Shown: positions 1-7,766 of the stretch, piece after piece
How positions within the stretch are numbered: the first letter of the stretch is position 1
How the letters are laid out: every line of letters starts with the position of its first letter
Assembly: GCA_038241735.1 (NCBI GenBank)
Contig: JBBSST010000012.1
Location: forward strand, 9,098 to 73,097
Source of the DNA: Lysobacterales bacterium
Lineage (GTDB): Bacteria; Pseudomonadota; Gammaproteobacteria; Xanthomonadales; Xanthomonadaceae
Direction of reading: 5' to 3'
DNA length: 64,000 nt
Translations under genes and position numbers: made by a program
The notes under the pieces: generated by a model
Databases searched by the model: none
What the model was told of the DNA's origin: nothing
What the model saw: only the letters and a program-made list of their open reading frames with translations

Positions 1-1
1 A

Positions 2-70
2 CACATCGAAGGCCATTCCGACAAGATCAAGGGACTGGTATTGAAGACCTGTTTCTTGAAAAAGGCCTGA
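2..70 (+). CDS. 3' end of an unidentified CDS entering from the left edge (22 codons visible: ...HIEGHSDKIKGLVLKTCFLKKA*)
   Basis: Frame 2 is open from the window edge to TGA at 68-70. It is the only frame here with GC-rich third positions (about 17 of 22). Too short to name. Confidence 0.3.
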   Translation, partial: HIEGHSDKIKGLVLKTCFLKKA

Positions 71-308
71 CCTCAGCGCCAGCGGGGCACGTATTCGCGT
101 ATGCCCATGAGTAGGCTGCCGTTGCCGGCACGGGATCGTTACAAGCGGGTTTGAGCGACAGATGCGCTACTTCGCGCACACGATGACGAGCGTTTGGCCA
201 CGCCAGAGCAAGCCGGAGTCGACACAACGCATGCGGACGGATTGAGAGATGCGGGACGGATGAATGCCGGGAGCGATTTGACCCGCGTCCCGCCTTACCT
301 GCCCGTGA

Positions 309-527
309 TTACGCCGGGCTGGGCTTCTGCGAGCCCGCAGCCGGTTCGTCCACTTTCTTGAGCACGCGAGTCACACCGAGGACCTCGACATGACCACCGG
401 CTTTCTGGAAATCCACCAGGTCGGCGGAAATCCGGTCGCTGGTCAGGCGTTTTTGGACATTGCTGTCGCCGCCTTCACGCGTGCTCTTGCGGATGCGTGC
501 CTTGGGGCTGGGTTTTACGTCGGCCAT
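309..527 (-). CDS. small basic hypothetical protein (72 aa)
   Basis: Internal ATG at 527 of ORF 309..614 gives MADVKPSPKARIRKSTREGG...HVEVLGVTRVLKKVDEP. This frame has strong GC3 bias. No family recognised. Confidence 0.55.
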   Translation of the reverse strand: MADVKPSPKARIRKSTREGGDSNVQKRLTSDRISADLVDFQKAGGHVEVLGVTRVLKKVDEPAAGSQKPSPA

Positions 528-673
528 GTTGCAATGCCTGCCTTTTGGAGGTGATGCGTGTAAAAACGCTGGAAATCCAGCCATAAAGCCACGCGCTGAC
601 GCTCCATGGTGCACTATTTGGCGTTAGCGGGCTGTTACTGGCCGCTTTTATATCGGGGTAGCCGTCGGGAATA

Positions 674-1063
674 TCAATACATGACCAGTGGAATGCCGCG
701 CGTCATATGGTCCCGATAGGTGGCCCGCTCGTCCCGGCAATATGGGCTGCCCATCGCGAATTTCCGGCAGATGGCCGGGCGCTGCTCATAGATCGAGCAG
801 CACATGCGCAGCGGGTCGACGGCCACGCACCAGCCATCCTCGTCGCGCGCCATCACTTCCAGGCCTTGTTCGGTGCGCGTGGTGAGGTGGGCAGGAACGG
901 CATCCTCCGGCATCAGCACGACGGTGAGCCTGCAGCAAACTGCATCGCAGGCGCTGCACGAAACCGAGGGATCAACGCTTTCGGCGTAGGGGTCGTCGTC
1001 CGGCGCGCGGTTGTCGTGCGGGTCGCCGGGTTGGTTGTCGTCATGGATGTCGTTGTGGGTCAT
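674..1063 (-). CDS. YkgJ-family cysteine-cluster (Zn/Fe-S binding, UPF0153-like) protein
   Basis: 129 aa with CSACDAVCC (CxxCxxCC) plus distal Cys residues (CCSIY..C..C). The start codon overlaps the upstream methyltransferase stop (ATGA at 1060-1063). Confidence 0.8.
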   Translation of the reverse strand: MTHNDIHDDNQPGDPHDNRAPDDDPYAESVDPSVSCSACDAVCCRLTVVLMPEDAVPAHLTTRTEQGLEVMARDEDGWCVAVDPLRMCCSIYEQRPAICRKFAMGSPYCRDERATYRDHMTRGIPLVMY

Positions 1064-1740
1064 GCGTGTGTTTCCATGCTGGCTGCTTGGGTGCGGCCGT
1101 AGCTCAACAGGCGTCCGCGGAATGGCGGTACGTCATTGGCGTTCATGCGGCAGCGCCGTTCGGTGACGGTATAACCCTGTGCAACCACGGCACGCGTGAA
1201 CGGCATGCTGTTGCCGCGACCGGGGTCGGTGATCAATATTTCGGAAGCCGGGAATGCGTGCAACGGCAGCAAGGCCGACAGGCACTCGGCGTGATCGCGT
1301 TCGTACAACACGTCGCTGCCGATGATCAGGTCGAAACGGCCCAATGATGTATTCGGCGCATTCCAGCGCAAGGTTCGATACGGCACGGCGGGCAGCTCGT
1401 TGAGCGCGGCGTTGTAGGCCAGGAAGGTTTCCGCCAGCGGGTGGTAATCGCTGGCAACCACGTCCGCGCCACGGTAGCGCAGCACCAGGCTGGCAAGGCC
1501 CAGGCCGCAACCGAGTTCAAGGATGCGCTTGCCGGCGATATCGTGCGTCGCCATGGCTTCGGCCAACAGGCGCCCGGACGGCCAGACATGCCCAAACAGG
1601 CTCCATTGCGCCGATGAAATGCCCAGGCGCTGCGCGTTGTGGTCGGGATCGGCAAACTGCTGCAGGTCGGTGAGTGAGCGGATGCGGTAGTCGTGATCGC
1701 CGAGGCGAAACGTGCGGATGTGGGTGTCGTAGCCCGGCAT
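1060..1740 (-). CDS. class I SAM-dependent methyltransferase (Nnt1/METTL21-like protein-lysine MTase type)
   Basis: 226 aa. ILELGCGLGLASLV matches SAM motif I, and DLIIGSDVLYE is typical of the Methyltransf_16-like group. Confidence 0.85.
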   Translation of the reverse strand: MPGYDTHIRTFRLGDHDYRIRSLTDLQQFADPDHNAQRLGISSAQWSLFGHVWPSGRLLAEAMATHDIAGKRILELGCGLGLASLVLRYRGADVVASDYHPLAETFLAYNAALNELPAVPYRTLRWNAPNTSLGRFDLIIGSDVLYERDHAECLSALLPLHAFPASEILITDPGRGNSMPFTRAVVAQGYTVTERRCRMNANDVPPFRGRLLSYGRTQAASMETHA

Positions 1741-2012
1741 GGGCGCTCCCGGAGATGCGCCATCCAGGAAGATCCAGGATGCCGGCGCGGAGGAGGGGAG
1801 CGAGACGGCGACGAAAATCGGCCGGGCGTAACGCGCGAAACAGCGTGTAACGCCGCCATGCTACGCCACCGGCCCGGAGGCGGCCTCATTTCAGGGCAAA
1901 GCTTCGTGATTATTCAGCGTGGAAGCGCGGACGGTTGGCGGCCCGGGCAGGTTCGGCACGGCGACCCTGCACATCCAGCGCCCAAGGGAATCTTGAGCCG
2001 CGTCTACACGGC

Positions 2013-2042
2013 CAATTCCATTCATCGCAATTCCATTCATCG
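2013..2042. repeat. perfect 15-bp tandem duplication (CAATTCCATTCATCG x2), with a degenerate third copy to about 2057
   Basis: Read directly at 2013-2027 and 2028-2042. It lies in the 400-bp divergent intergenic region between the MTase (-) and thpR-like (+) genes. Confidence 0.9.
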
Positions 2043-2096
2043 GACTCCCTTCATGGGAGTTTCCGGGGATCTGGTCGCTTGGGCGATCGCGGGGTT

Positions 2097-2125
2097 TTCA
2101 GCCGTTATCATTTTCTCAATATAAA
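2097..2125 (+). promoter_or_regulatory. possible sigma70-type promoter (TTCAGC-17 nt-TATAAA) for the 2H-phosphoesterase gene
   Basis: The only AT-rich patch in the intergenic region. Hexamers at 2097-2102 and 2120-2125 have a 17-nt spacer. Prediction by eye only. Confidence 0.3.
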
Positions 2126-2143
2126 TGACGATGAATCGATTAC

Positions 2144-2743
2144 ATGGATAAACCGGCAGCAACCACCGCGCAGCTCTCCTTCGAGGCCATGGCGTCGAAG
2201 AAAACGACTGATCGCCTGTTCTTCGCCCTGTTTCCCGAGCAGGAGGCCGCTGCGCGGATATCGACCCTTGCACAGTCGCTGCGTGGTGAACACCGATTGC
2301 ATGGGCAGGCGTTGCGCGAGGATCGCCTGCACGTCACGTTGCACCATCTTGGCGATTACGCGGGCGTTCCACAGGACGTGGTCGCGCAGGCTGGCGTGGC
2401 CGCGGCGCGGTTGGCGGTGGCGGCATTCGAGGCCAGCTTCGACCACGTTTCCAGCTTTTCCGGCAGGCCAGGCAATTGTCCGCTGGTCCTGCGTGGTGAC
2501 CAGGGTTTGGTGCCGCTGCTGGCAATGCAGCGTGAGCTCGGTGAGTCCATGAAAATCGCCGGGATTGGGCGTTGGGTCAAAAGCGACTTCATCCCGCACG
2601 TCACCCTGCTGTACGACGCGCGCAGCGTTGCCATGCAGCCGGTCGAACCGATCGCGTGGACGGCACGCGAGTTCGTGCTTGTCCATAGTGAGCTGGGCCA
2701 GACCCGGCACCATGTCCTCGGACGCTGGCCGCTGCGCGCCTGA
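2144..2743 (+). CDS. thpR: 2H phosphoesterase / RNA 2',3'-cyclic phosphodiesterase (LigT/ThpR family)
   Basis: Two HxT motifs (LHVTLHHLG and PHVTLLYD) and an RLFFALFP N-terminal strand. An alternative start at 2189 (MASKK...) is equally plausible. Confidence 0.8.
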   Translation: MDKPAATTAQLSFEAMASKKTTDRLFFALFPEQEAAARISTLAQSLRGEHRLHGQALREDRLHVTLHHLGDYAGVPQDVVAQAGVAAARLAVAAFEASFDHVSSFSGRPGNCPLVLRGDQGLVPLLAMQRELGESMKIAGIGRWVKSDFIPHVTLLYDARSVAMQPVEPIAWTAREFVLVHSELGQTRHHVLGRWPLRA

Positions 2744-2826
2744 GCCAGGTTCGTACCCGCCTTGCAGCGCGTCCACGGCCGTCGCCGCAAGTAAGATGGG
2801 GGTCCGATGATTCTCCAGGTGGGGCG

Positions 2827-3453
2827 ATGGCCAAGGCTGCGCGCATGACGCTTCCCGCAGGCCAGCTTGCTGTCCTGGAGGCTGCCTATGCCTCGCCGCC
2901 ACGGGCTTACCACAGCTTCCAGCACGTGCAGGAAGTACTGCGTCAGCACGCCGATGTCGACAGCGGGCCGGGCTGGTTGCAGCCTGTGGAAACGTATCTG
3001 GCCATGCTTTACCACGACGCCATCTACGAGGCCGGCCGCAGCGACAACGAGGCGCGTTCGGCCCAGCTCGCCATTGCGGAAATCGCCCGTTGGTTGCCGG
3101 AGGCCGACATCGACGCGGCGCGCGTGGCTGCATTGATCGAACTCACCGCGCGCCATGGCCAGTTCAGCCCGGATGATTTCGGCGATGGCGTGTCGGCCGC
3201 GGACACCCGTCATTTCCTCGACTGCGACATGGCGATCCTCGGTGCCGACCCCGCTGTATTCGATGCCTATGACCGCGGCATCGCGGCCGAGTACCGGGGC
3301 AAGGTGCCTGGCTGGATATTCAAGCTGCAGCGCCGCCGTTTTCTCAAGGCATTGCTCGCCCGGCCGCGCATCTACCTCAGCGATTTGTTCCACGATCGCT
3401 ACGACCTGCAGGCACGCGCCAACCTGCGTCGCGCCATAAACGAGAAGCGCTGA
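2827..3453 (+). CDS. HD-superfamily metal-dependent phosphohydrolase-like protein (COG4339-like)
   Basis: 208 aa. The YHSFQHVQEVL and LYHDAIYE motifs are typical of this uncharacterised HD-like family. Alternative start at 2845. Confidence 0.75.
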   Translation: MAKAARMTLPAGQLAVLEAAYASPPRAYHSFQHVQEVLRQHADVDSGPGWLQPVETYLAMLYHDAIYEAGRSDNEARSAQLAIAEIARWLPEADIDAARVAALIELTARHGQFSPDDFGDGVSAADTRHFLDCDMAILGADPAVFDAYDRGIAAEYRGKVPGWIFKLQRRRFLKALLARPRIYLSDLFHDRYDLQARANLRRAINEKR

Positions 3454-3458
3454 GCGCG

Positions 3459-4010
3459 ATGCAAGGATTCGCCACCGGGCGCTTGCGGATGCGCAGGCTC
3501 GCCCAGGCCGACGAAGCGTTCTATTGCCGCATCTACACCGATGCAGGGCTGATGCGGCACGTCGCGCAAGCGTCCACGGAGCAAACGGCCCGGAAGGATT
3601 TCCAGAACGCATGCTGCGAGGCTTTCCAAAGCGCGCAGTGGTGGTACTGGGTGATGCAGACACGGGACCAAGAGCACGACGTCGGCCTGTTGGGACTGGT
3701 AGCCAGCGAGGGCGTCGGCGGATACGCGGGTGAAATCGGCGCGATGCTGTTGCCTGCTGCACAAGGCGGCGGACTCGCTGCGGAGGCCATTGCCGCGCTG
3801 GTTGATATCGCCTTCGCGCAGACCACCCTGCAGCGCCTGCATACCCGCCATGCCCGGGCCAATGTTGCTGCCGAGGGCTTGATGCGCAAGCTTGGCTTCA
3901 CCCGTGAACTCGCGGACGACAAGGTGTGTTGGCAGTTGTCGCGCGATACCTGGCGCGAAAGCGGAGCATGCCGCCCCAGTGGCTTTGCAAACCCGCATGC
4001 AGATCGCTAG
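3459..4010 (+). CDS. GNAT family N-acetyltransferase (RimJ/RimL-like)
   Basis: 183 aa with the GNAT core (GYAGEIGAMLLPAAQGGGLAAEAIAALVDIAF...NVAAEGLMRKLGF). Starts 5 nt after the HD gene stop. Confidence 0.8.
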   Translation: MQGFATGRLRMRRLAQADEAFYCRIYTDAGLMRHVAQASTEQTARKDFQNACCEAFQSAQWWYWVMQTRDQEHDVGLLGLVASEGVGGYAGEIGAMLLPAAQGGGLAAEAIAALVDIAFAQTTLQRLHTRHARANVAAEGLMRKLGFTRELADDKVCWQLSRDTWRESGACRPSGFANPHADR

Positions 4011-4035
4011 ATTGCCCTCTTTCAAGGGGAATGCC

Positions 4036-4836
4036 ATGGGCGAGCCGGGACGTCTGGTCTGCGTGGGCTTGGGGATGATGCTGGGTGCGCACCTCGGGCC
4101 ACGGGCGCGCAACCACATTGCCCAGGCGGACGTCGTGTTCGCCGCGGTATCCGATCCGCTGGTCGAGTTATGGCTGCAGGACATGCATGCCGACGTGCGC
4201 AGCCTGCAGCCTTACTACAGCGAGGGAAAATCCCGCCGAGAGACCTATCGCGAGATGGTCGAGGCGATGCTGGTCGAGGTAAGGGCCGGCCGACAGGTCT
4301 GCGGCGCGTTCTATGGGCACCCCGGAGTTTTCGCACAGGCTCCGCACCACGCCATCGCCCAGGCGCGCGCGGAAGGGTTCGAGGCCCACATGGAGCCCGG
4401 CATCTCGGCCGAGGATTGCCTGTATGCCGATCTCGGGATCGACCCTGGTACCCATGGCTGCCAGCATTACGAGGCCAGCCAGTTCATGTTCTACCAGCGC
4501 CGGTTCAATCCGGCGGCCTACCTGGTGCTGTGGCAGGTGGGGCTGGCGGGCGATCGCAGCCTGCGCCGCTACTCGACCGGAGGCGAATACCGGCAGTTGC
4601 TGGTTGACCTGCTGGCGGCGGATTATTCGTTGCACCATGAGGTAATCGTCTACGAAGCTGCTACCCTCCCCATAGCGGCCCCGCGCATGGAAACCATGCC
4701 GTTGTCGGGATTGGTCGATACTGGGCTGGATCTTCAATCGACGCTGGTGGTTCCGCCCGGGCGGCCCATGGAGCTCGATCAGGCCATGATCGACAGGATC
4801 TCAGCGCTTGACGCGCGTGCTGGGGAAGGCATTTGA
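4036..4836 (+). CDS. tetrapyrrole-methylase-fold SAM-dependent methyltransferase of the OphMA/SonM (borosin peptide alpha-N-methyltransferase) type
   Basis: 266 aa from ATG 4036 (SD AAGGGGA at 4024-4030). The longer ORF start at 3892 would overlap the GNAT gene. Blocks present: GRLVCVGLG, YGHPGVFA, MEPGISAEDCLYADLGIDPG, YEASQFMF, HEVIVYEAATLPIAAPR. Confidence 0.85.
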   Translation: MGEPGRLVCVGLGMMLGAHLGPRARNHIAQADVVFAAVSDPLVELWLQDMHADVRSLQPYYSEGKSRRETYREMVEAMLVEVRAGRQVCGAFYGHPGVFAQAPHHAIAQARAEGFEAHMEPGISAEDCLYADLGIDPGTHGCQHYEASQFMFYQRRFNPAAYLVLWQVGLAGDRSLRRYSTGGEYRQLLVDLLAADYSLHHEVIVYEAATLPIAAPRMETMPLSGLVDTGLDLQSTLVVPPGRPMELDQAMIDRISALDARAGEGI

Positions 4837-4873
4837 TCCACAACCAAATCAATTAATGGCCAGGGGAATGCAC

Positions 4874-5170
4874 ATGAGCAATATCATCCGGTTTCTTGAA
4901 TCCGCAGGTGCTGATCCGGCGTTTTCCCGCATTTCGGGCGCGGACTACGAGGCAAGCGTGGACTTGCTGCAGGCCGACGATGCACAACGCGATGCGTTGC
5001 TGGCGCGCGACCCGAAGGCATTGAATGCGCTGCTGGGTGGGCGCAACAAGATCTGGTGCTCGCTGTATCCGCCCAAAGAGGACCAGCCGGCCAGGCGCGA
5101 AGAAAAACGCGAGGACCGAGAGGACGAGCAGGATGATGACAACAGCCCTGCTGCGCCTTTAGATGATTGA
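4874..5170 (+). CDS. candidate borosin precursor peptide (98 aa: helical leader, short hydrophobic core, hyper-acidic tail)
   Basis: ATG 4874 with SD AGGGGA and a 6-nt spacer, 37 nt after the MT stop. Sequence: MSNIIRFLESAGADPAF...ADDAQRDALLARDPKALNALLGG-RNKIWCSLYPP-KEDQPARREEKREDREDEQDDDNSPAAPLDD. Confidence 0.6.
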   Translation: MSNIIRFLESAGADPAFSRISGADYEASVDLLQADDAQRDALLARDPKALNALLGGRNKIWCSLYPPKEDQPARREEKREDREDEQDDDNSPAAPLDD

Positions 5171-5191
5171 CTGAGCGCCGGGAGGTCGGCC

Positions 5192-7018
5192 ATGGCACTT
5201 CGCAGTCTATGGTTTCTGGTGATCGCCGCCTGCTTGTGCATGGCCCCGGTCTGCAGCCTTGCGGCAGACAATACCGAGGCGATGCTGCAGAAGGCCGACA
5301 GCTTGCGAAGCTCGAACCCCGGCGAGTTTGCCCTGCTGCTCGCCAGCCTCAATGTCGCCCATGACGGCGTCACCCAGAATCAACGGGATCGGATTACCTA
5401 TCTCAACGGCTATTCCAAGGCCTATGCCGGGGATTTTTCCGGAGCGATCCATGACATGCAGGGCCTTGTCGAATCGTCCACCGACGAAGACATCAAGTTC
5501 CGCGCACGGGCATTGATCGTCAATCAATATGCAGTGACGCGGCAGTTTACCGATGGGCTTCGGCAGTTGGAATACATATTGCCGTTCGTGGACCACACCA
5601 CGAACAATGACCTGCGCGATCATGGTTTGGCCGTCACCTCACAGCTATACAACCAGGTGGGCCAGTACAAGCTCGGCCTGCACTATGCCGACAAGATGCT
5701 GGCGGTTGCCAATGCAGCAAGGTCGCGCTGCTTCGCGGGCCAGTACCGCCTCGAGGCATTGCAAAACCTCAACGCGTTGCCCGAAGACGATGCGCCGATC
5801 CGCACAGTGATCGAGCAGTGCGAAAGCGCCAAGGAAGCGGTCGTGACCAATCTTGCGCGCACCCACCTGGCACGCAAATGGGCAGACCATGGTGAGCGCG
5901 CGGCGGCGATTGCCCTGCTGAAATCGCATCTCAAGGAGGTCAAGGCCACTCGTTATCCGCCATTGATCGGCCAGTTCGAGGCACTGCTTGCCGATTACCT
6001 GCTGGCTGACGGCAATTTGGATGGTGCCCAGGCACATGCAGATGCGGCGATCGAACAACGCGCGGGCATGACCTTCTCGATCCATCTTGCCTCGGCCTAC
6101 AAGACGCTTTACGAAATCGCCGAGCGTCGCAATGAGCCGGTTGCAGCGCTTAGTCATTACACCCGCTATGCCGAGACCAACATGGCCTACCTGGGAGAGG
6201 TCAAGACGCGCGAGCTGGCGTATCAAATCGTTCGCCAGGAAACCCTGCAAAAGTCACAACAGATCGAATTGCTTGACCGCAAGAACCAGGTGCTGCAGTT
6301 GCAGCAGCGCGTTGACAGGCAGTCGGCACAATATTCAAGGTTGATGATCGTGCTGCTGGTGTTCCTGATGGGTTCGATCGTGTTCTGGGCCTTCAAGATC
6401 AAGCGCGTGCAGTTGTCGCTGCGACGCATGGCCCAAACCGACGCGTTGACTGGAATTTTCAACCGCCATTATTTCACCCAGCAGTCCGAACATACGCTGG
6501 CGCAATGTGCCCGCGCTGGCGAGGACGTGGCGTTGATCATGTTCGACCTGGATCATTTCAAGTCGATCAACGATCGATTCGGCCACGATGTCGGCGACTG
6601 GGCGTTGAAGCGGGTCACCGATGCCTGCAAGACGTTCTGTCGGCGCATCGACCATCTGGGGCGTATCGGTGGCGAGGAGTTTGCAATCCTGTTGTCGGGT
6701 TGCGATTTACGCGGAGCGACCCGCGTGGCCGAGGATTGTCGCGTCCGCATTGCCAGCATCGACACCTCGCCCAGCGGTCGAAACAAGTTCCTTATCACCG
6801 CCAGTTTCGGCGTCACCGCCTCGTCACTGTCGGGTTACGATCTGGTCAAGCTGCTCTCGCAGGCCGACCAGATGCTGTACCGGGCCAAGCGCGACGGGCG
6901 CAACCGGGTGGCCACCTTTGACGGCCAGGTACCGAACTGGTCGCCGTTGCAGTCGGTTCCTGGCAGCGAGCAGGCCACGGGACAGGGCCCGGTCGCGGTC
7001 GAATCGGGCGCCACCTGA
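5192..7018 (+). CDS. diguanylate cyclase with N-terminal periplasmic TPR-like sensor domain (GGDEF)
   Basis: 608 aa with a signal peptide (LVIAACLCMAPVCSLAA) and one TM segment (LMIVLLVFLMGSIVFWAF). It has a GGEEF active site with an RxxD I-site five residues upstream (RRIDHLGRIGGEEF). SD GGAGG at 5181-5185. Confidence 0.9.
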   Translation: MALRSLWFLVIAACLCMAPVCSLAADNTEAMLQKADSLRSSNPGEFALLLASLNVAHDGVTQNQRDRITYLNGYSKAYAGDFSGAIHDMQGLVESSTDEDIKFRARALIVNQYAVTRQFTDGLRQLEYILPFVDHTTNNDLRDHGLAVTSQLYNQVGQYKLGLHYADKMLAVANAARSRCFAGQYRLEALQNLNALPEDDAPIRTVIEQCESAKEAVVTNLARTHLARKWADHGERAAAIALLKSHLKEVKATRYPPLIGQFEALLADYLLADGNLDGAQAHADAAIEQRAGMTFSIHLASAYKTLYEIAERRNEPVAALSHYTRYAETNMAYLGEVKTRELAYQIVRQETLQKSQQIELLDRKNQVLQLQQRVDRQSAQYSRLMIVLLVFLMGSIVFWAFKIKRVQLSLRRMAQTDALTGIFNRHYFTQQSEHTLAQCARAGEDVALIMFDLDHFKSINDRFGHDVGDWALKRVTDACKTFCRRIDHLGRIGGEEFAILLSGCDLRGATRVAEDCRVRIASIDTSPSGRNKFLITASFGVTASSLSGYDLVKLLSQADQMLYRAKRDGRNRVATFDGQVPNWSPLQSVPGSEQATGQGPVAVESGAT

Positions 7019-7151
7019 CAGGCTCGTCTCTTGCCTGGCGCCGCGGGAATGCCGGCCACCAGCGATCCCCAAGCGCAGCGTGAGGCGTGTCAGGCGGTGA
7101 TCGCGTGTGGGTGTTCGTCGTGGCACTGGGCGAAACGTTTAAGATGCGGCC

Positions 7152-7517
7152 ATGTCAAAGTTGCTGCTCAACCTGCGCCAGGTCCTCGACGACGAGGTCG
7201 ACGACGTGCGTGCCTTCCTCGATGCGCACCAGCTCGAGTATTACGAGACCACGCCCAGCCGCTGGGGAATTTCCTATGGTGGTATCTGGATCACCCATGA
7301 TGCTGACATCCTCGAGGCCAAGCGCCTGATGGCTGATTACCAGCAGCAGCGCCAGGCGCGGGTGCGGTCCGAAAATGCCAAAGCCAGGCTGGATGGCACG
7401 GCCGAAACCTTTGCCGACGTCCTGCGTGAGCAGCCGCTGCGCGTGGCGCTGACCGTCATCGCGATCATCTTCCTGCTCGGGCTCGTGGCGCTGCCGGTAT
7501 GGATACTGCATCGCTGA
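7152..7517 (+). CDS. conserved hypothetical protein with C-terminal membrane anchor
   Basis: 121 aa with good GC3 bias and a C-terminal TM segment (VALTVIAIIFLLGLVALPVWIL). No function recognised. Confidence 0.7.
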   Translation: MSKLLLNLRQVLDDEVDDVRAFLDAHQLEYYETTPSRWGISYGGIWITHDADILEAKRLMADYQQQRQARVRSENAKARLDGTAETFADVLREQPLRVALTVIAIIFLLGLVALPVWILHR

Positions 7518-7766
7518 ACTGGCTCCGCACTCCGTGCAGCTGCGTCAAGCCGGGGCTTGCCCGGATAGCAGGCGGCTGCCCGGTTCGGCATGCTTGCGTG
7601 TCCTGCGCGGCGCCTGCCGACATTGCCCCAGCATGCATCGACACTTGCGTGCCCAATCCCCACAGATGCGCCCACTGATTTGCCTTGCAGCCGCTAACAT
7701 TGGTTGGACGTTCGAGGCTTAAGATGGTGGGTCGCATCACTATGCGTCCTTCGGAGATCGAGATTC

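Noticed and set aside
27-227. 66-aa minus-strand ORF near the left edge
   Set aside because: It has no SD, poor codon phasing and an Arg/Ala/Pro-rich product. It overlaps the likely 3' end of a plus-strand gene.
251-293. Inverted repeat GCGGGACG / CGTCCCGC downstream of the small minus-strand gene, checked as a terminator
   Set aside because: It has a 27-nt loop and no T-tract on the relevant strand, so it is not convincing as an intrinsic terminator.
3892-4035. Upstream extension of the methyltransferase ORF (start at 3892)
   Set aside because: It would overlap the last 119 nt of the GNAT gene in another frame. The ATG at 4036 has a proper SD, and the conserved MT N-terminus (GRLVCVGLG) begins right after it.
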